This document shows, in pieces, positions 7,634-17,077 of a stretch of 26,232 bases of DNA. Position 1 is the stretch's first letter. Every line of letters starts with the position of its first letter. The notes under the pieces were generated by a model. It worked only from the letters and a program-made list of their open reading frames with translations, was not told the origin of the DNA and made no database searches. Origin of the DNA: a virus (Duplodnaviria > Caudoviricetes); the IMG/VR virus record IMGVR_UViG_3300008255_000426, positions 1 through 26,232 of that record; one strand, given 5' to 3'. The translations under genes and the position numbers were made by a program.

Positions 7634-10600
7634 AGGCCCCTAAGCGCGGCGGTGCTGGTGCCGCCCGTGCTGCCGCCCGCGCCCGCGACGCTGACGGTGA
7701 TCCCCTCGGTGACGAGGCGGTCGACGTACTGGCCGAAGCGGTCGACGCTGTCCCCGAAGGTGCTGCCGCGCCCGGCGCGCACGGCGGGGTCGCTGAACAC
7801 CGCGCGGATGATCTCGGCGGCCTCCATGAGCGTGCTGGCGGCCTCGACCAGCGGCGTCGCCACCGCCAACTGCACGCCCCCGGTGACGCTGCCGAAGTTC
7901 ATGGACGCCGCGCGCGCCGCGGGCGTCGGCTCAGGCTCGGGGTCGGGTTCCCCCTCGGGGTCGGGCAGCGTGCGTCGCTCGATCCGGTAGAGCCACCCAA
8001 ATAGGAAGTTCCACACGCCGACCAGCACGTCCACCACCCCCGTGAGGACGGCCGCCAGGCCCCTCGCCACCCAGCCGATCAGCGCGAAGGCGGGCTGGAG
8101 CATCCCGACGAGGATGTCGACCAGCGGCAGGATGGCGTCGATCAGCGGCAGCAGCGCGTCGGCGGCCTGGCCGACAAGCGCCACCAGCGGCTCCATGAGG
8201 ACGCCGAGGGCGTCCATGAGGCGCGTGAACCCCTCGCTGCGCTGCAAGAGGTCCATGAACCCGCCGATGAGGGCGCCGAGGGGGCCGCCGGTGACGAAGC
8301 CGTCTAGGGCGCCGCTCAGGCCGGGGATGCTGTCCTTCGTGACGCCCAGCAGCGCCTCGCCAAAGCCGCGCAGGGGGCCGTCGTCGGCGCTGAAGGTGGT
8401 CAGGTCCTCGACCAGGGCCGCGCGGGCGTCCAGTTCCTCCTGGGGCGTCGCCTTGACCGGCGCGACGGTCGCCGTCACCCCAGGGATCGGGATGGCGACG
8501 CTGGCGGTGCGCGGGTCGTTCGTCGCGCGGTTCGTGTACTCCGCGCCATAGGTGCCGTAGCGCATGGTGGCGGCCTCGCGGGCGGCCTGCGTCGCCTGGC
8601 GGGCGGCACGGGCGCGCTCAGCGTCGTCGCGGGCGAGGAGGGCGGGGTCCGCGGCGATCCTGCGGCTGTCGCTGTACGCCGCTTGCGCGGCGAGGGTCGC
8701 GGGGCTGGCGGTGGTGCGCATCGCGGCGACGCGCGCGGCGCGGGCGTCCTCCGCAGCCTGGCGGCGTGCGGCGGCGGCGGCGTCGGCGGCGAGGACGCGC
8801 GCATGGTGCGCCGCTTGCGCCGCTTCGATGTCGAGGAGTTCCGCGACCACCCGGTCGTGGTTGCGCTCGGCGGCGGCGTCCATCGCTGCCTGCCGCGCCA
8901 GGGCGGCCTCCGCCTCGGCGACCGCCAGGGCGAGGTGGTGGTCGTTCTGCGCCGTCTCGATCCCGAGGAGCGCCGTGAGGTAGTGCGCCTGCGTCCGCTC
9001 GGCCTCCGCGATGCGCGCGGCCTCGGCTTCGGCGGCGGCCTCCTCGGCGGCGGTGGCGGCCGCGGCTTCGGCGGCCAGCACCTGATCGGCCTGCGCGGCT
9101 TCGATGTCGAGGAGTTGGTCGAGGACGCGTTCGCCGTGCCGTTCGCGGACGGCTTCGATGGCGGCCGCGCGTGCCTCCTCGGCCTCGACGCGCTCGGCGG
9201 TGGCGGCCTCGACCGCGGCGACCTGCGCCGCCTCCAGGTCGAGGAGTTCGTCGAGGACGCGCTGGCCGTTGCGGGCGGTGGCTTCGGCGATGGCTTCGGC
9301 GCGCGACTTGGCGGCCGCTACCGCGGGGTCGTCGCCGGTGGCGGTGGGCGCCGGGGCCGGGTCCGGGGGCGGGCCGTCGAGGGTGTCGACCGCGTCGCCG
9401 GTGGCGCCGACGGCGGCGCGCAGCAGCGCCTCGCGCTCGCCGTACAGGACGCGCAAGTCCTCCTCTAGCACCGCCATCTCGGCGGTCGCGTCCGCCATCA
9501 CGCGGGCGTTGGCGGTGATCACAGCGGTGTCGCGTTCCCACTCGGCCTTGATCCGCAGGTACGCGTTGTGCTGCTCGGGCGTCATGCCCCCAGACGTTCC
9601 CAGCACGTCCGCGTTGGCGGGGTAGATGCTGCCGTCGCGGATCACGAAGTCCTCGCGGTTCAGGTTCGCCTCGCGGAAGATGGCGTCGGTGTCGCGCGCG
9701 GGGCTGGCGCTGATGTCGCTTCCGCTCGCCAGCCCGTTCAGGCCCGCCATGCGCGCGTTCAGCGCCGCGATCTGCGCGTCGATCTCGATGGTGGCGAACG
9801 CTCCAGCGATCCGCGCGGCCGCGTCCTCGCCCGCGTCACCCGTTTCCGCCAGGTCGTCGCGCAGCGCCTGAAGGGCTGTCTTACCCTCGCCGTCGACGAA
9901 CTCCGCGACGCGGTCGAGGGCGGACAGCAGGCTCGTGTTGTCGTTCCCAGCCAGCGCCTTCTGCACGTCCGCGACGGCGTTGTCGAGGCTGTCGTCGCGG
10001 CCGCGGAACTTCCACGCCAGCGCCGCCAGCGCCGTGCCGAGGAGGACGGCGGCGCCCGCGGGGCCGCCGACCAGCAGCATCGCGCCGCGCAGCAGCAGCA
10101 GGCCCGTGCGCGCCTCCGCGGCGAGGCGGACCATGCCGCCGAGGGCGACCAGCAGCGGCCCGATGGCGGCCGCGACGCCCGCGGCGATGGTGCCGACCCG
10201 CAGCAGTTCCGGGTTCGTCTCCGACAGCCCGCGTAGCAGCGCCGCGACCTCCTTGACGAGGTCGGTCGCCCACTCCAGCAGGCCCGAGTCGGCGATGGCG
10301 AGGCCGACGGCCTCCAGCGCGCTCCGAAACTCCTTCAGGGCGCCGTTCAGACCCTCCATCTGCGCGTTGGCGATCCGCTCGGCGGTGCCGCCGCTGTCCT
10401 CCAGTTCGCCGGTGAACTCGCGCAGCGCCGAGGACCCGCGCGACAGCAGCGCCTCCAGCGCGGGGCCGCCGCGGTCGCCGAAATACTCCAGCGCCTCGGC
10501 GGTGGTGAGGCTGCGCGCTTCCAACTGTTCGATGATGTCGGCGAGCGGCAGCAGGTTGCCCGCGGCGTCGAACGCGGTGATCCCCAACTTGCCCGCGTCC

Positions 10601-11367
10601 TGCGCGACGGTCGACAGGATGCGCCGCAGGCCGGTGCCCGCGAGGCTCGCCTGCAGGCCCGCGTCGCTCATGAACCCCATGGCCGCGGTGGCTTCCTCGA
10701 TGCTGACGCCGAGGCCCGACGCGATGGGCGCGACGTACTTCATGCCCTCGCCCAACTGCGCGACGTTCGTGTTGCTGTTGATCGACGCGCTCGCCAGCAC
10801 GTCGTTGACGCGCGCCAACTCCGCCGCCTCCAGGCGGAACCCGGTCAGCACGTTCGATGCGATGTCGGCCGCCTCGGCGAGGTCCATCTGCCCGGCGGCC
10901 GCCAACTGCAGCGTGCCGGGCAGGGCGCCCAGCACCTCGTTGGCGTCGAACCCGGCCATCGCCAGGAACCCCATCGCGTCCGCCGCCTGCGTCGCGCTGA
11001 ACTGCGTGGTGGCGCCGAGGTCCTTCGCCAGGCTCTCCAGCGCCTCGATCTCCTGGCCGGTCGCCTGGCTGATGGCGCCGACCCGGTTCATGCTCGCCTC
11101 AAAGTCCCCGGCGGCCTTCAGGCTGATCGTGCCGATGGCTGCGATGGGCGCGGTCACGTACAGGCTCATGTTCCGCCCGACGGTCTGCATGGTGCGCCCG
11201 AGGCGGCGCAGGTCGGCCTCCATGCGCTGAGCGGAGGACCGCATGGCGGCGCTGTTGCGCTTCGCCTGCGTCTCGATCTCGCTCAGGCCGTCGCGGGCGG
11301 CCCGCAGGGCGGCGCTCGCCTCGTCGACCGCCCGCAGGACGATCTGTACCTCGTTGGCTCGCGCCAT
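7630..11367 (-). CDS. Tail tape measure protein (TP901-family core)
   Basis: 1245 aa, Ala-rich and helical. FEASMNRVGAIS, LGATTQFSATQAADAMGFLAMAG, TNVAQLGEGMKY and AGTGLR motifs. Follows the chaperone genes. Confidence 0.95.
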   Translation of the reverse strand: MARANEVQIVLRAVDEASAALRAARDGLSEIETQAKRNSAAMRSSAQRMEADLRRLGRTMQTVGRNMSLYVTAPIAAIGTISLKAAGDFEASMNRVGAISQATGQEIEALESLAKDLGATTQFSATQAADAMGFLAMAGFDANEVLGALPGTLQLAAAGQMDLAEAADIASNVLTGFRLEAAELARVNDVLASASINSNTNVAQLGEGMKYVAPIASGLGVSIEEATAAMGFMSDAGLQASLAGTGLRRILSTVAQDAGKLGITAFDAAGNLLPLADIIEQLEARSLTTAEALEYFGDRGGPALEALLSRGSSALREFTGELEDSGGTAERIANAQMEGLNGALKEFRSALEAVGLAIADSGLLEWATDLVKEVAALLRGLSETNPELLRVGTIAAGVAAAIGPLLVALGGMVRLAAEARTGLLLLRGAMLLVGGPAGAAVLLGTALAALAWKFRGRDDSLDNAVADVQKALAGNDNTSLLSALDRVAEFVDGEGKTALQALRDDLAETGDAGEDAAARIAGAFATIEIDAQIAALNARMAGLNGLASGSDISASPARDTDAIFREANLNREDFVIRDGSIYPANADVLGTSGGMTPEQHNAYLRIKAEWERDTAVITANARVMADATAEMAVLEEDLRVLYGEREALLRAAVGATGDAVDTLDGPPPDPAPAPTATGDDPAVAAAKSRAEAIAEATARNGQRVLDELLDLEAAQVAAVEAATAERVEAEEARAAAIEAVRERHGERVLDQLLDIEAAQADQVLAAEAAAATAAEEAAAEAEAARIAEAERTQAHYLTALLGIETAQNDHHLALAVAEAEAALARQAAMDAAAERNHDRVVAELLDIEAAQAAHHARVLAADAAAAARRQAAEDARAARVAAMRTTASPATLAAQAAYSDSRRIAADPALLARDDAERARAARQATQAAREAATMRYGTYGAEYTNRATNDPRTASVAIPIPGVTATVAPVKATPQEELDARAALVEDLTTFSADDGPLRGFGEALLGVTKDSIPGLSGALDGFVTGGPLGALIGGFMDLLQRSEGFTRLMDALGVLMEPLVALVGQAADALLPLIDAILPLVDILVGMLQPAFALIGWVARGLAAVLTGVVDVLVGVWNFLFGWLYRIERRTLPDPEGEPDPEPEPTPAARAASMNFGSVTGGVQLAVATPLVEAASTLMEAAEIIRAVFSDPAVRAGRGSTFGDSVDRFGQYVDRLVTEGITVSVAGAGGSTGGTSTAALRGL

Positions 11368-11379
11368 TCGCCCCTCCGT

Positions 11380-11598
11380 CTAGCCCGGCCAGTCGGGCGG
11401 GGCCGCGCTACGTGGCCCGCGCCCGCGCTCGGCCTTCTGGCGTTCGATCTGCTGGTCGCGCATGTCCGCCTGCCAGCACTCAAAGTCGACGGACCAGTCG
11501 CCCAGGTCGCTACTCAGCAGGCGGCTCGGGGTCGTGCCGTAGTGCTTCGCCATCCTGCTCAGCACCACCGCCCACCGGCTCGTCAGGAAACGTGCCAA
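11380..11598 (-). CDS. Tail assembly chaperone extension (GT-like), probably made by frameshift
   Basis: Overlaps the chaperone 3' end in the +1 frame, with no clear SD at its TTG. MAKHYGTTPSRLL...DFEC resembles T-region sequences. Confidence 0.65.
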   Translation of the reverse strand: MARFLTSRWAVVLSRMAKHYGTTPSRLLSSDLGDWSVDFECWQADMRDQQIERQKAERGRGPRSAAPPDWPG

Positions 11599-12067
11599 GC
11601 GCGGAACCCCCGAGCCGCGCGTACGGGAGGCTCGACCACCGGACGATCTCGTCGTGGAGGTACGTGAAGTCGTCGCCGAAGTCCTCGGGCGTCATGCTGT
11701 CGGGGTCGTCGGTGGCCTCCAGGACCACGCGCTCGCTGGTGACGCCGAGGGCGATGATGGCGCGCTGGGTATCCAGCGTCTGCCGTTGGCTGTCGTGGAT
11801 GAGGGCGGGGTCGTCGGTCAGCGCCTGCTCGATCCGCTGCCGCGCGAGGGTGGGGTCCTCGCCTTCGGTCGCCTGGAGGGCGGCGAGGCGGAACACGCTT
11901 GGGGGCGTGGGGACGATGCCGACGACCTCGCCGACCTTCACCTTGCGGATGGTGACGGTCAGGTCGTCGGTGGCGGGGATGCTCCCGGCCGCCCGCGCGA
12001 GGCGGGTGGCGGCCGGGAGGACCACGGTCTTGCGGGTCAGGTTGCGCAGCAGGGCGGCGTTGCTCAT
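11510..12067 (-). CDS. Tail assembly chaperone (G-like)
   Basis: Lies between tail tube and tape measure, acidic 185 aa, SD GGAGG. Confidence 0.75.
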   Translation of the reverse strand: MSNAALLRNLTRKTVVLPAATRLARAAGSIPATDDLTVTIRKVKVGEVVGIVPTPPSVFRLAALQATEGEDPTLARQRIEQALTDDPALIHDSQRQTLDTQRAIIALGVTSERVVLEATDDPDSMTPEDFGDDFTYLHDEIVRWSSLPYARLGGSALGTFPDEPVGGGAEQDGEALRHDPEPPAE

Positions 12068-12084
12068 GGACGGGCCTCCGAGGG

Positions 12085-13020
12085 TCAGTAGGACGTGGTG
12101 GTGTTCGTCAGGGTGATCTCGGCCTCGTAGCCCGCGACCGAGTCGAACTCGGCGGTAGCGGTCACGTCGACCGTGAGGCGGCCGGGGCCGCTGATCGGCG
12201 CGCCCCAGGAGTCGATCTGCACCTTCGGCAGGTCGACGGCGAGGACGTTCGCGCCACTCGTCCAGGTCAGCGCGTACGCGGCGGTGGTCGCGGCGCGGAA
12301 GTCGGCGTACGTGCTGGCGTCGCGGAAGGTGAGCGTCATGGCGAGCGTGACGGTCAACTTGTCGTCGAAGTCGGTGGCGGCGATCTCGCGCGTGCCGTTC
12401 AGGACTTCCTCGCCGCTGAGGCTGTTGGCGATGGTGAGCGTCAAGTCCTCGACGTACGGGAACGCGACCGCGTCCTTCGTGATGGCGAGGTCCCGGAAGA
12501 TGAAGCGCGGGTTCGTCTCCAGCGCGACCGTCTCGGCCGACGCGACATCGCTCACGTCCTGAAACAGGAACTCCGCGTCGACGGTGAGGGCGTCGTCGGC
12601 GGGCTGGCGGAGGGTCAACTGCGTGACCTGCCCGCCCGCGTAGCGGTGCCGCAGGCTGCCGCGCTCGACGGTGACGGAGTAGGGCGGCAGCGCCGCCTCG
12701 GCGCTGAACTTGTCGGTGGTCGGGGTGAACACGTGGACGTACGGGCCAACGCCGCTGGTGACGGGCACACCGACGGCGGCGCGCAGCAGGTGCCCGAGGG
12801 CGCCGGGGCGCGCGTGGAGTCCGCTGATGCTGCCGCTGATCCGCGTGCGGCCTTCGATGGCGGGCAGCGTGCTACGGGTGCCGAAGGTCATGGCCTCCCG
12901 AAGGCGGCCGCGCTCCTCGCTGATCGACTCGGTGGCGCTGACGAACACGGTCGACGCGACCGGGGTGCCCCAGGTCACTTCCTTGCCGATCCCGATGTAG
13001 CCCTGAATGCCGGTAGCCAT
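12085..13020 (-). CDS. Major tail tube protein
   Basis: MATGIQGYIGIGKEVTWGTPV start, YAGGQVTQLTL, ends ITLTNTTTSY. SD AGGAGG. No sheath gene is present. Confidence 0.85.
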   Translation of the reverse strand: MATGIQGYIGIGKEVTWGTPVASTVFVSATESISEERGRLREAMTFGTRSTLPAIEGRTRISGSISGLHARPGALGHLLRAAVGVPVTSGVGPYVHVFTPTTDKFSAEAALPPYSVTVERGSLRHRYAGGQVTQLTLRQPADDALTVDAEFLFQDVSDVASAETVALETNPRFIFRDLAITKDAVAFPYVEDLTLTIANSLSGEEVLNGTREIAATDFDDKLTVTLAMTLTFRDASTYADFRAATTAAYALTWTSGANVLAVDLPKVQIDSWGAPISGPGRLTVDVTATAEFDSVAGYEAEITLTNTTTSY

Positions 13021-13022
13021 GC

Positions 13023-13229
13023 TCAGTCCTCCTGAAGGGTCGAGCCGGTCGGCTCGGGGGTGGTGTCGGCTTCAGGGGCGGGACTGAAGCAGGGGTGCGC
13101 GGCGAGGCGTTCGGCCTCCTGCGCGTCTGCGGCGCTCACGATAGCACCGGGCCGCAGGCGCGGCACGAACGCGCTCGGGGTCGGCGCGTAGACGAACGCG
13201 CGTGGGGGTGGCGTCTTGCGCTTGCTCAT
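13023..13229 (-). CDS. Small hypothetical protein (68 aa)
   Basis: ATG at 13229 overlaps the upstream TGA. MSKRKTPPPRAFVY... fills the gap before the tail tube. Confidence 0.6.
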   Translation of the reverse strand: MSKRKTPPPRAFVYAPTPSAFVPRLRPGAIVSAADAQEAERLAAHPCFSPAPEADTTPEPTGSTLQED

Positions 13230-13642
13230 AGTTCCCCGGCCTCCACTTCCACCGCGACGACGCGGTAGGCGTACCCGTTGCGCTCGATCAGGTCGAACGC
13301 GTAGCGGGTGCATCGGACGTTTTCGACGAGGCCACCGAGGGTGTAGTCGAACCCGGCGGCGTGGACGGTGTTCACGAACGCGGCGGCGAGGCCAGCCAGC
13401 AGCACCTCGTCGTCGTCCTGGTTCGCGCGCAAGGCCGAGTAGATGTGGACCTGCAGGTCGTGGCGCTCCAGGAGTTGATCGGTGGGCGCGGCGCGCTGCT
13501 GCTGGACTTGCCCGCTGGTCTGCCACACCTCGACGGCGGGGGTGGTCGTGAGGCTGTTCAGGCCGAGGCGCGCGTCGCGGATGCCGGGCACCGCGGCAGC
13601 GATGTCGCGCAGGGCGGTGGCGATCAGGCTGGGGTCGGTCAT
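13226..13642 (-). CDS. Tail terminator / completion protein
   Basis: 138 aa before the tail tube, contains DYTLGGLV, ATGA overlap. Confidence 0.7.
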   Translation of the reverse strand: MTDPSLIATALRDIAAAVPGIRDARLGLNSLTTTPAVEVWQTSGQVQQQRAAPTDQLLERHDLQVHIYSALRANQDDDEVLLAGLAAAFVNTVHAAGFDYTLGGLVENVRCTRYAFDLIERNGYAYRVVAVEVEAGEL

Positions 13643-14169
13643 GGCGCCATCTTCTTTAGCGCCAACTCCAGCATCCCGTCCTGCAGGGTGGTCAGGATGC
13701 GCTCAAAGACGTGCGGCTGGAAGAACCCGGCCTTCGGTTTCGGCAGCATCGCGCGCTCAGGGATGAGCGTCCTGGGGCGCGTATCGTCGCCCTGGTGGTA
13801 CACCGCGTCGCGGCGGGGGCTGCCGACGACCAGCACGTTGCCGCCCTCCTCGATCCGGTACGTGAACGAGTTGCGGAGTTCGCCGGTGATCAGGAGCGCC
13901 TTCGTCTGGCGGCGCCCTTCGCGCTGGCGGCGGGCGAGGGTGGACGGCGCGATCTTCGGCCAGGGCACGCCGTCGGGCGACTCCTGGTTGCGGAACGCGG
14001 GGCGGGCCATGTCGTCGACGATCATCTGGCCGACCATGCGCAGCGGCGCGCGCGGGTTGCCGTACACCTGCGCGGCCTCGGTGAGGCGCTTCTGGAGGAT
14101 GCCGAGGCTCACGTCGACCGTCAGGGTCAGCGCGGTGGAGCGGGGTTCGCCCTTCGCGGGGACGAACAC
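13639..14169 (-). CDS. Virion morphogenesis protein (Mu gpG / tail completion S-like)
   Basis: AFRNQESPDGVPWPKIAPST...LLITGELRNSF...YHQG...IPERAML motifs. Confidence 0.85.
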   Translation of the reverse strand: MFVPAKGEPRSTALTLTVDVSLGILQKRLTEAAQVYGNPRAPLRMVGQMIVDDMARPAFRNQESPDGVPWPKIAPSTLARRQREGRRQTKALLITGELRNSFTYRIEEGGNVLVVGSPRRDAVYHQGDDTRPRTLIPERAMLPKPKAGFFQPHVFERILTTLQDGMLELALKKMAP

Positions 14170-14170
14170 G

Positions 14171-14584
14171 TCAGAACCCCAGGTCCCAGCGGCGGCCGAC
14201 GTTCGTGCTGATGCTCGGCTGGCCTGGCTCGGCGGCGTCGGTGGCGAGCGGCAGGTCGAGCGTCACGCGCCCGGCGGCCATCTCTTTCAGCCACGCGACG
14301 GCGGCCTGGTAGTCGATCCACAGGGCGCTGGTGCTGGCGGGTTCGGGCAGCAGCCGCAGCACGACGGCGAGGCGGTAGCGCGCCACGTCGGCGATGCGGC
14401 CGCGCAGTTCGTCGGGCACGTCGTCGAGGGCCAGCGGCACGGTGTACCCGGCGGCGCGCAGGTACCCGTTCGCGTCGGCGCTGGCGCGTTCGATGGCGGT
14501 CTGCCGCTGGACCATCGTCGCGCGCTCCAGCAGGTCGCCGGTCAGCGTCTCGTCGAGTTGCGTCAGGGTCAGGTAGGCAATCAC
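14171..14584 (-). CDS. Head-tail adaptor, Mu gp36-like (DUF1320)
   Basis: AIERASADANGYL...YTVPL...DVARYRL...YQAAVAWLKEMAAGRVTL motifs. Confidence 0.85.
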   Translation of the reverse strand: MIAYLTLTQLDETLTGDLLERATMVQRQTAIERASADANGYLRAAGYTVPLALDDVPDELRGRIADVARYRLAVVLRLLPEPASTSALWIDYQAAVAWLKEMAAGRVTLDLPLATDAAEPGQPSISTNVGRRWDLGF

Positions 14585-14877
14585 GCCTCGGCCTCCAGGG
14601 CGTCGCGGGCGGCGATGATCCGCTCGGCGGTCTTGCGGCCGATGCCGGGCACCTTCACCAGTTCCGCCTCGGTGGCGCCGTACAAGTCCTCCAGCGCCAC
14701 GTAGGGCACCGGGGCGGCCGCCAGGAGGTCGCGTGCGGGGAAGGTGTCCGGGAGGGGCACGGAGGGCGTGGTGGCGGCCACAGCGGCGACGTGGGCGTGC
14801 GCGAGGGCGTCGTTCTCGGCGTCCGCCATCGCGCGTGCCTTCTGCTGCCGGTAGCGCCTGAAGGTGAGCATCCCCAC
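14581..14877 (-). CDS. Small helix-hairpin-helix (HhH) domain protein
   Basis: ATEAELVKVPGIGRKTAERI is an HhH motif. SD AGGAGG. Directly after the capsid gene. Confidence 0.78.
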   Translation of the reverse strand: MGMLTFRRYRQQKARAMADAENDALAHAHVAAVAATTPSVPLPDTFPARDLLAAAPVPYVALEDLYGATEAELVKVPGIGRKTAERIIAARDALEAEA

Positions 14878-14894
14878 CGGGGGCCTCCTAGTGG

Positions 14895-14929
14895 GCGGCC
14901 CGCCCGCCCAGGTCGGGCAGGCGGGCCGC
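14895..14929 (-). terminator. GC hairpin after the capsid gene (attenuator/terminator-like, no U-tract)
   Basis: 15-bp stem (one G-U on the minus strand) with a 5-nt loop in the intergenic gap. Confidence 0.5.
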
Positions 14930-14947
14930 GGTCAGGTCATGCGCGGA

Positions 14948-15871
14948 TCAGTTGACGACGTTGTGGACGATCTTCACGGCGCCCAACTTGGTGCCGCCGT
15001 TCGGGCGGAGGTACAGGTGCGCCGCCCAGTAGATGTGGACCGCGGCGACCGCCGAGTCGCTGAGGATGTCGGAGTCGGTCTGGACGGGCGCGTCGCCCTG
15101 CATCCAGAACGCCAGCGCGTTGCGCTTCACCAGCAGCGTCTCGTAGCCCGTGGTGGTGCCAGCGCCGCCGTAGAGGGCGGTCTTGGTCAACTTGTCCGAG
15201 CGGATCACGGGGATGCCGTTCACGGCGCCGAGGGCGCCGGTGTTCAGCGCCTGGCCGGGCGCCTGGTAGAGGGGACGGCCGTTCAGGTCGACCTCCAGTT
15301 CCCAGTCGCGGACCACGTCGGAGTGCGCGACGATCAGCGCGATGTCGTCCTGCTCATCGCCCCAGAGGTAGCGGGCCTTCACCAGTTCCGTCCACGTCAG
15401 GCGACCGTTGGCGACGGTGGCGCTGTCGTAGATGTCGTGGACGAGGGCGCTGGTCAGGCCCTCGGCGATCAGGGCGGCGTCGGCGCGGCGCTGGAGGCCG
15501 ACGCGCAACTGGCGGGCCGCCTCGGCGTAGGGGTCGGCGTACATGGCCGCCATGCGCGCCCACTCGCTCATCTCAAACGCCTTGCCCGAGTGCGCGATGG
15601 TGGCCGTCTCGCTGGTCATGGCGAGTTTCGCGGGCGTCAGCGCGGGCAGCGCGCCCCCGGCGCCTTCGTCCGACGCCAGATCCTCGAAATCGCCGATGGT
15701 GCCGAAGTAGGGGATCTTGATGGTGTCCCCGCCGCGGCCGCCGGGCCAGCCGCGGGTGCTGACCGCCGCGGCGCCGGTGCCGTAGAGCGCCTGCATCCCG
15801 GCGAACTCGCCACGGATGGCGTCCTCCAGGACTTCGGGGACGATCAGATCAGAGCGGATGGTGGTCGCCAT
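14948..15871 (-). CDS. Major capsid protein (HK97 fold, N4-gp56-like family)
   Basis: SDLIVPEV, GDTIKIPYF..IGDFEDL, GKAF and G.V.GIPVIRSDK motifs. Follows protease/scaffold. Confidence 0.88.
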   Translation of the reverse strand: MATTIRSDLIVPEVLEDAIRGEFAGMQALYGTGAAAVSTRGWPGGRGGDTIKIPYFGTIGDFEDLASDEGAGGALPALTPAKLAMTSETATIAHSGKAFEMSEWARMAAMYADPYAEAARQLRVGLQRRADAALIAEGLTSALVHDIYDSATVANGRLTWTELVKARYLWGDEQDDIALIVAHSDVVRDWELEVDLNGRPLYQAPGQALNTGALGAVNGIPVIRSDKLTKTALYGGAGTTTGYETLLVKRNALAFWMQGDAPVQTDSDILSDSAVAAVHIYWAAHLYLRPNGGTKLGAVKIVHNVVN

Positions 15872-15885
15872 GCGTCAGGCTCCTA

Positions 15886-16455
15886 TCAGGCCGCGCGCGC
15901 GGCGCGGTGGTCGGTGAGGATGCGGACGAACTCGTCGTGATCGGTAACGGCGAGGGCGTGCTTCTCGACGTTGCTCAGGGCTTCCCACTCGGTTCGCTCG
16001 GGCGTCACGTTGACGCCTCGGGCGGGTTCCTTCGCGGCGGTCGCGGAGGTCGGCACGACGCGGGGGGCGGCGTCGAGGTAGGCGCGGAGGCGGGCGGGGT
16101 CGACGCGACCGTTGGCGTCGGTGAGCGCCTTCAGCAGCGCGTCGCGGCTGGCGGGCGTCATCTTGCCGTCGGTGAGTCCCTGCGCGGTCAGGCGCTCGAC
16201 CTCGGCGGCCTCGGTGTCGCGGTCGCGCTTCTCGATCTCGGCCTCCAGTTCGGTCGTGCGGGCGGCGAGGGCTTCGGTGCGGGCTGCGCCATCGCGCCAG
16301 GCCAGGACGGTGCCGAGGAGATCGGCGCCTTCCGGGACCTCGCGCGCGAGATGCCGGACCACCTCCCGATGCGCCGTGAGCGTGGTGACGACCTCCAGCG
16401 CGGCGGCTTCGCTGGCGTCCTCGGTCAGTCCGAGCGTGCGCATGAGTGCCTTCAT
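15886..16455 (-). CDS. Nested in-frame scaffold protein (Mu gpZ-like)
   Basis: Purine-rich AGGAAGGAAGG before the in-frame ATG at 16455 (MKALMRTLGL..ASEA). Mu I/Z is the precedent. Confidence 0.6.
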   Translation of the reverse strand: MKALMRTLGLTEDASEAAALEVVTTLTAHREVVRHLAREVPEGADLLGTVLAWRDGAARTEALAARTTELEAEIEKRDRDTEAAEVERLTAQGLTDGKMTPASRDALLKALTDANGRVDPARLRAYLDAAPRVVPTSATAAKEPARGVNVTPERTEWEALSNVEKHALAVTDHDEFVRILTDHRAARAA

Positions 16456-17019
16456 GCGGCCTTCCTTCCTGGCGCCAGCGGCGCCCGTGGGCGGGTTCGT
16501 TCGGGAGGCGACCAGCGCCGGGAGGTTCCGGGTGGCCGGGAGGTTCGTCAGGGCGACGTTCACGAACTCGACGATCTGGCCGTCCTCGTCGGTGACGAAC
16601 GCGGGGCTGATGTAGCGGTACTCGCGGGCGCGCAGGCGCTCCAGGGCGCGGTCGGTCCAGCGGATGCCGACCGCCCACAGTTCGGGGCCGTCGGGCGTGT
16701 CGCGGACTTCCAGCCGGTACCAGGCGGCGGCGGGCGCCTCGACGGGCGGGTGCTGGAGCGCCTGGTGTTCGTAGTCGAACGAGTATTCGTTCTGCCAGCG
16801 GGCGGCGGCCTCCATGACGAGGCGGGCGCTGTCGGGGGTGAAGTGGAACACGCCCTTTTCGGTGTCGTTCGCGCCGGGGCGGAACAGGCGCACCTCGGTG
16901 GGCGGGTCGGCGGTGGGGATCAGCAGGGACAGGGTGCGGGGGACGAGGATCGGCGCGGGTGCCGCGGTGGCGGTGCCGATGGTGATGCTGGCGGCGTTCG
17001 CGGTGCTGGTGGCGTCCAT
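15886..17019 (-). CDS. Mu-like prohead protease I with C-terminal scaffold
   Basis: FDYEHQ...APAAAW...LWAVGIRWT...EYRYISPAF...VALTNLPA motifs, followed by a coiled-coil C-terminal half. Confidence 0.9.
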   Translation of the reverse strand: MDATSTANAASITIGTATAAPAPILVPRTLSLLIPTADPPTEVRLFRPGANDTEKGVFHFTPDSARLVMEAAARWQNEYSFDYEHQALQHPPVEAPAAAWYRLEVRDTPDGPELWAVGIRWTDRALERLRAREYRYISPAFVTDEDGQIVEFVNVALTNLPATRNLPALVASRTNPPTGAAGARKEGRMKALMRTLGLTEDASEAAALEVVTTLTAHREVVRHLAREVPEGADLLGTVLAWRDGAARTEALAARTTELEAEIEKRDRDTEAAEVERLTAQGLTDGKMTPASRDALLKALTDANGRVDPARLRAYLDAAPRVVPTSATAAKEPARGVNVTPERTEWEALSNVEKHALAVTDHDEFVRILTDHRAARAA

Positions 17020-17039
17020 GCGGTCCCCCTTCCTACGAG

Positions 17040-17077
17040 GTCGCCACCCGTCCCCTGGTGGGGTGACGGGTGGCGAC
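17040..17077. other. 13-bp inverted repeat in the leader of the protease/capsid operon
   Basis: gtcgccacccgtc...gacgggtggcgac; the right arm is partly duplicated in tandem (gacgggtggc x2, 17065-17084). Confidence 0.55.
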
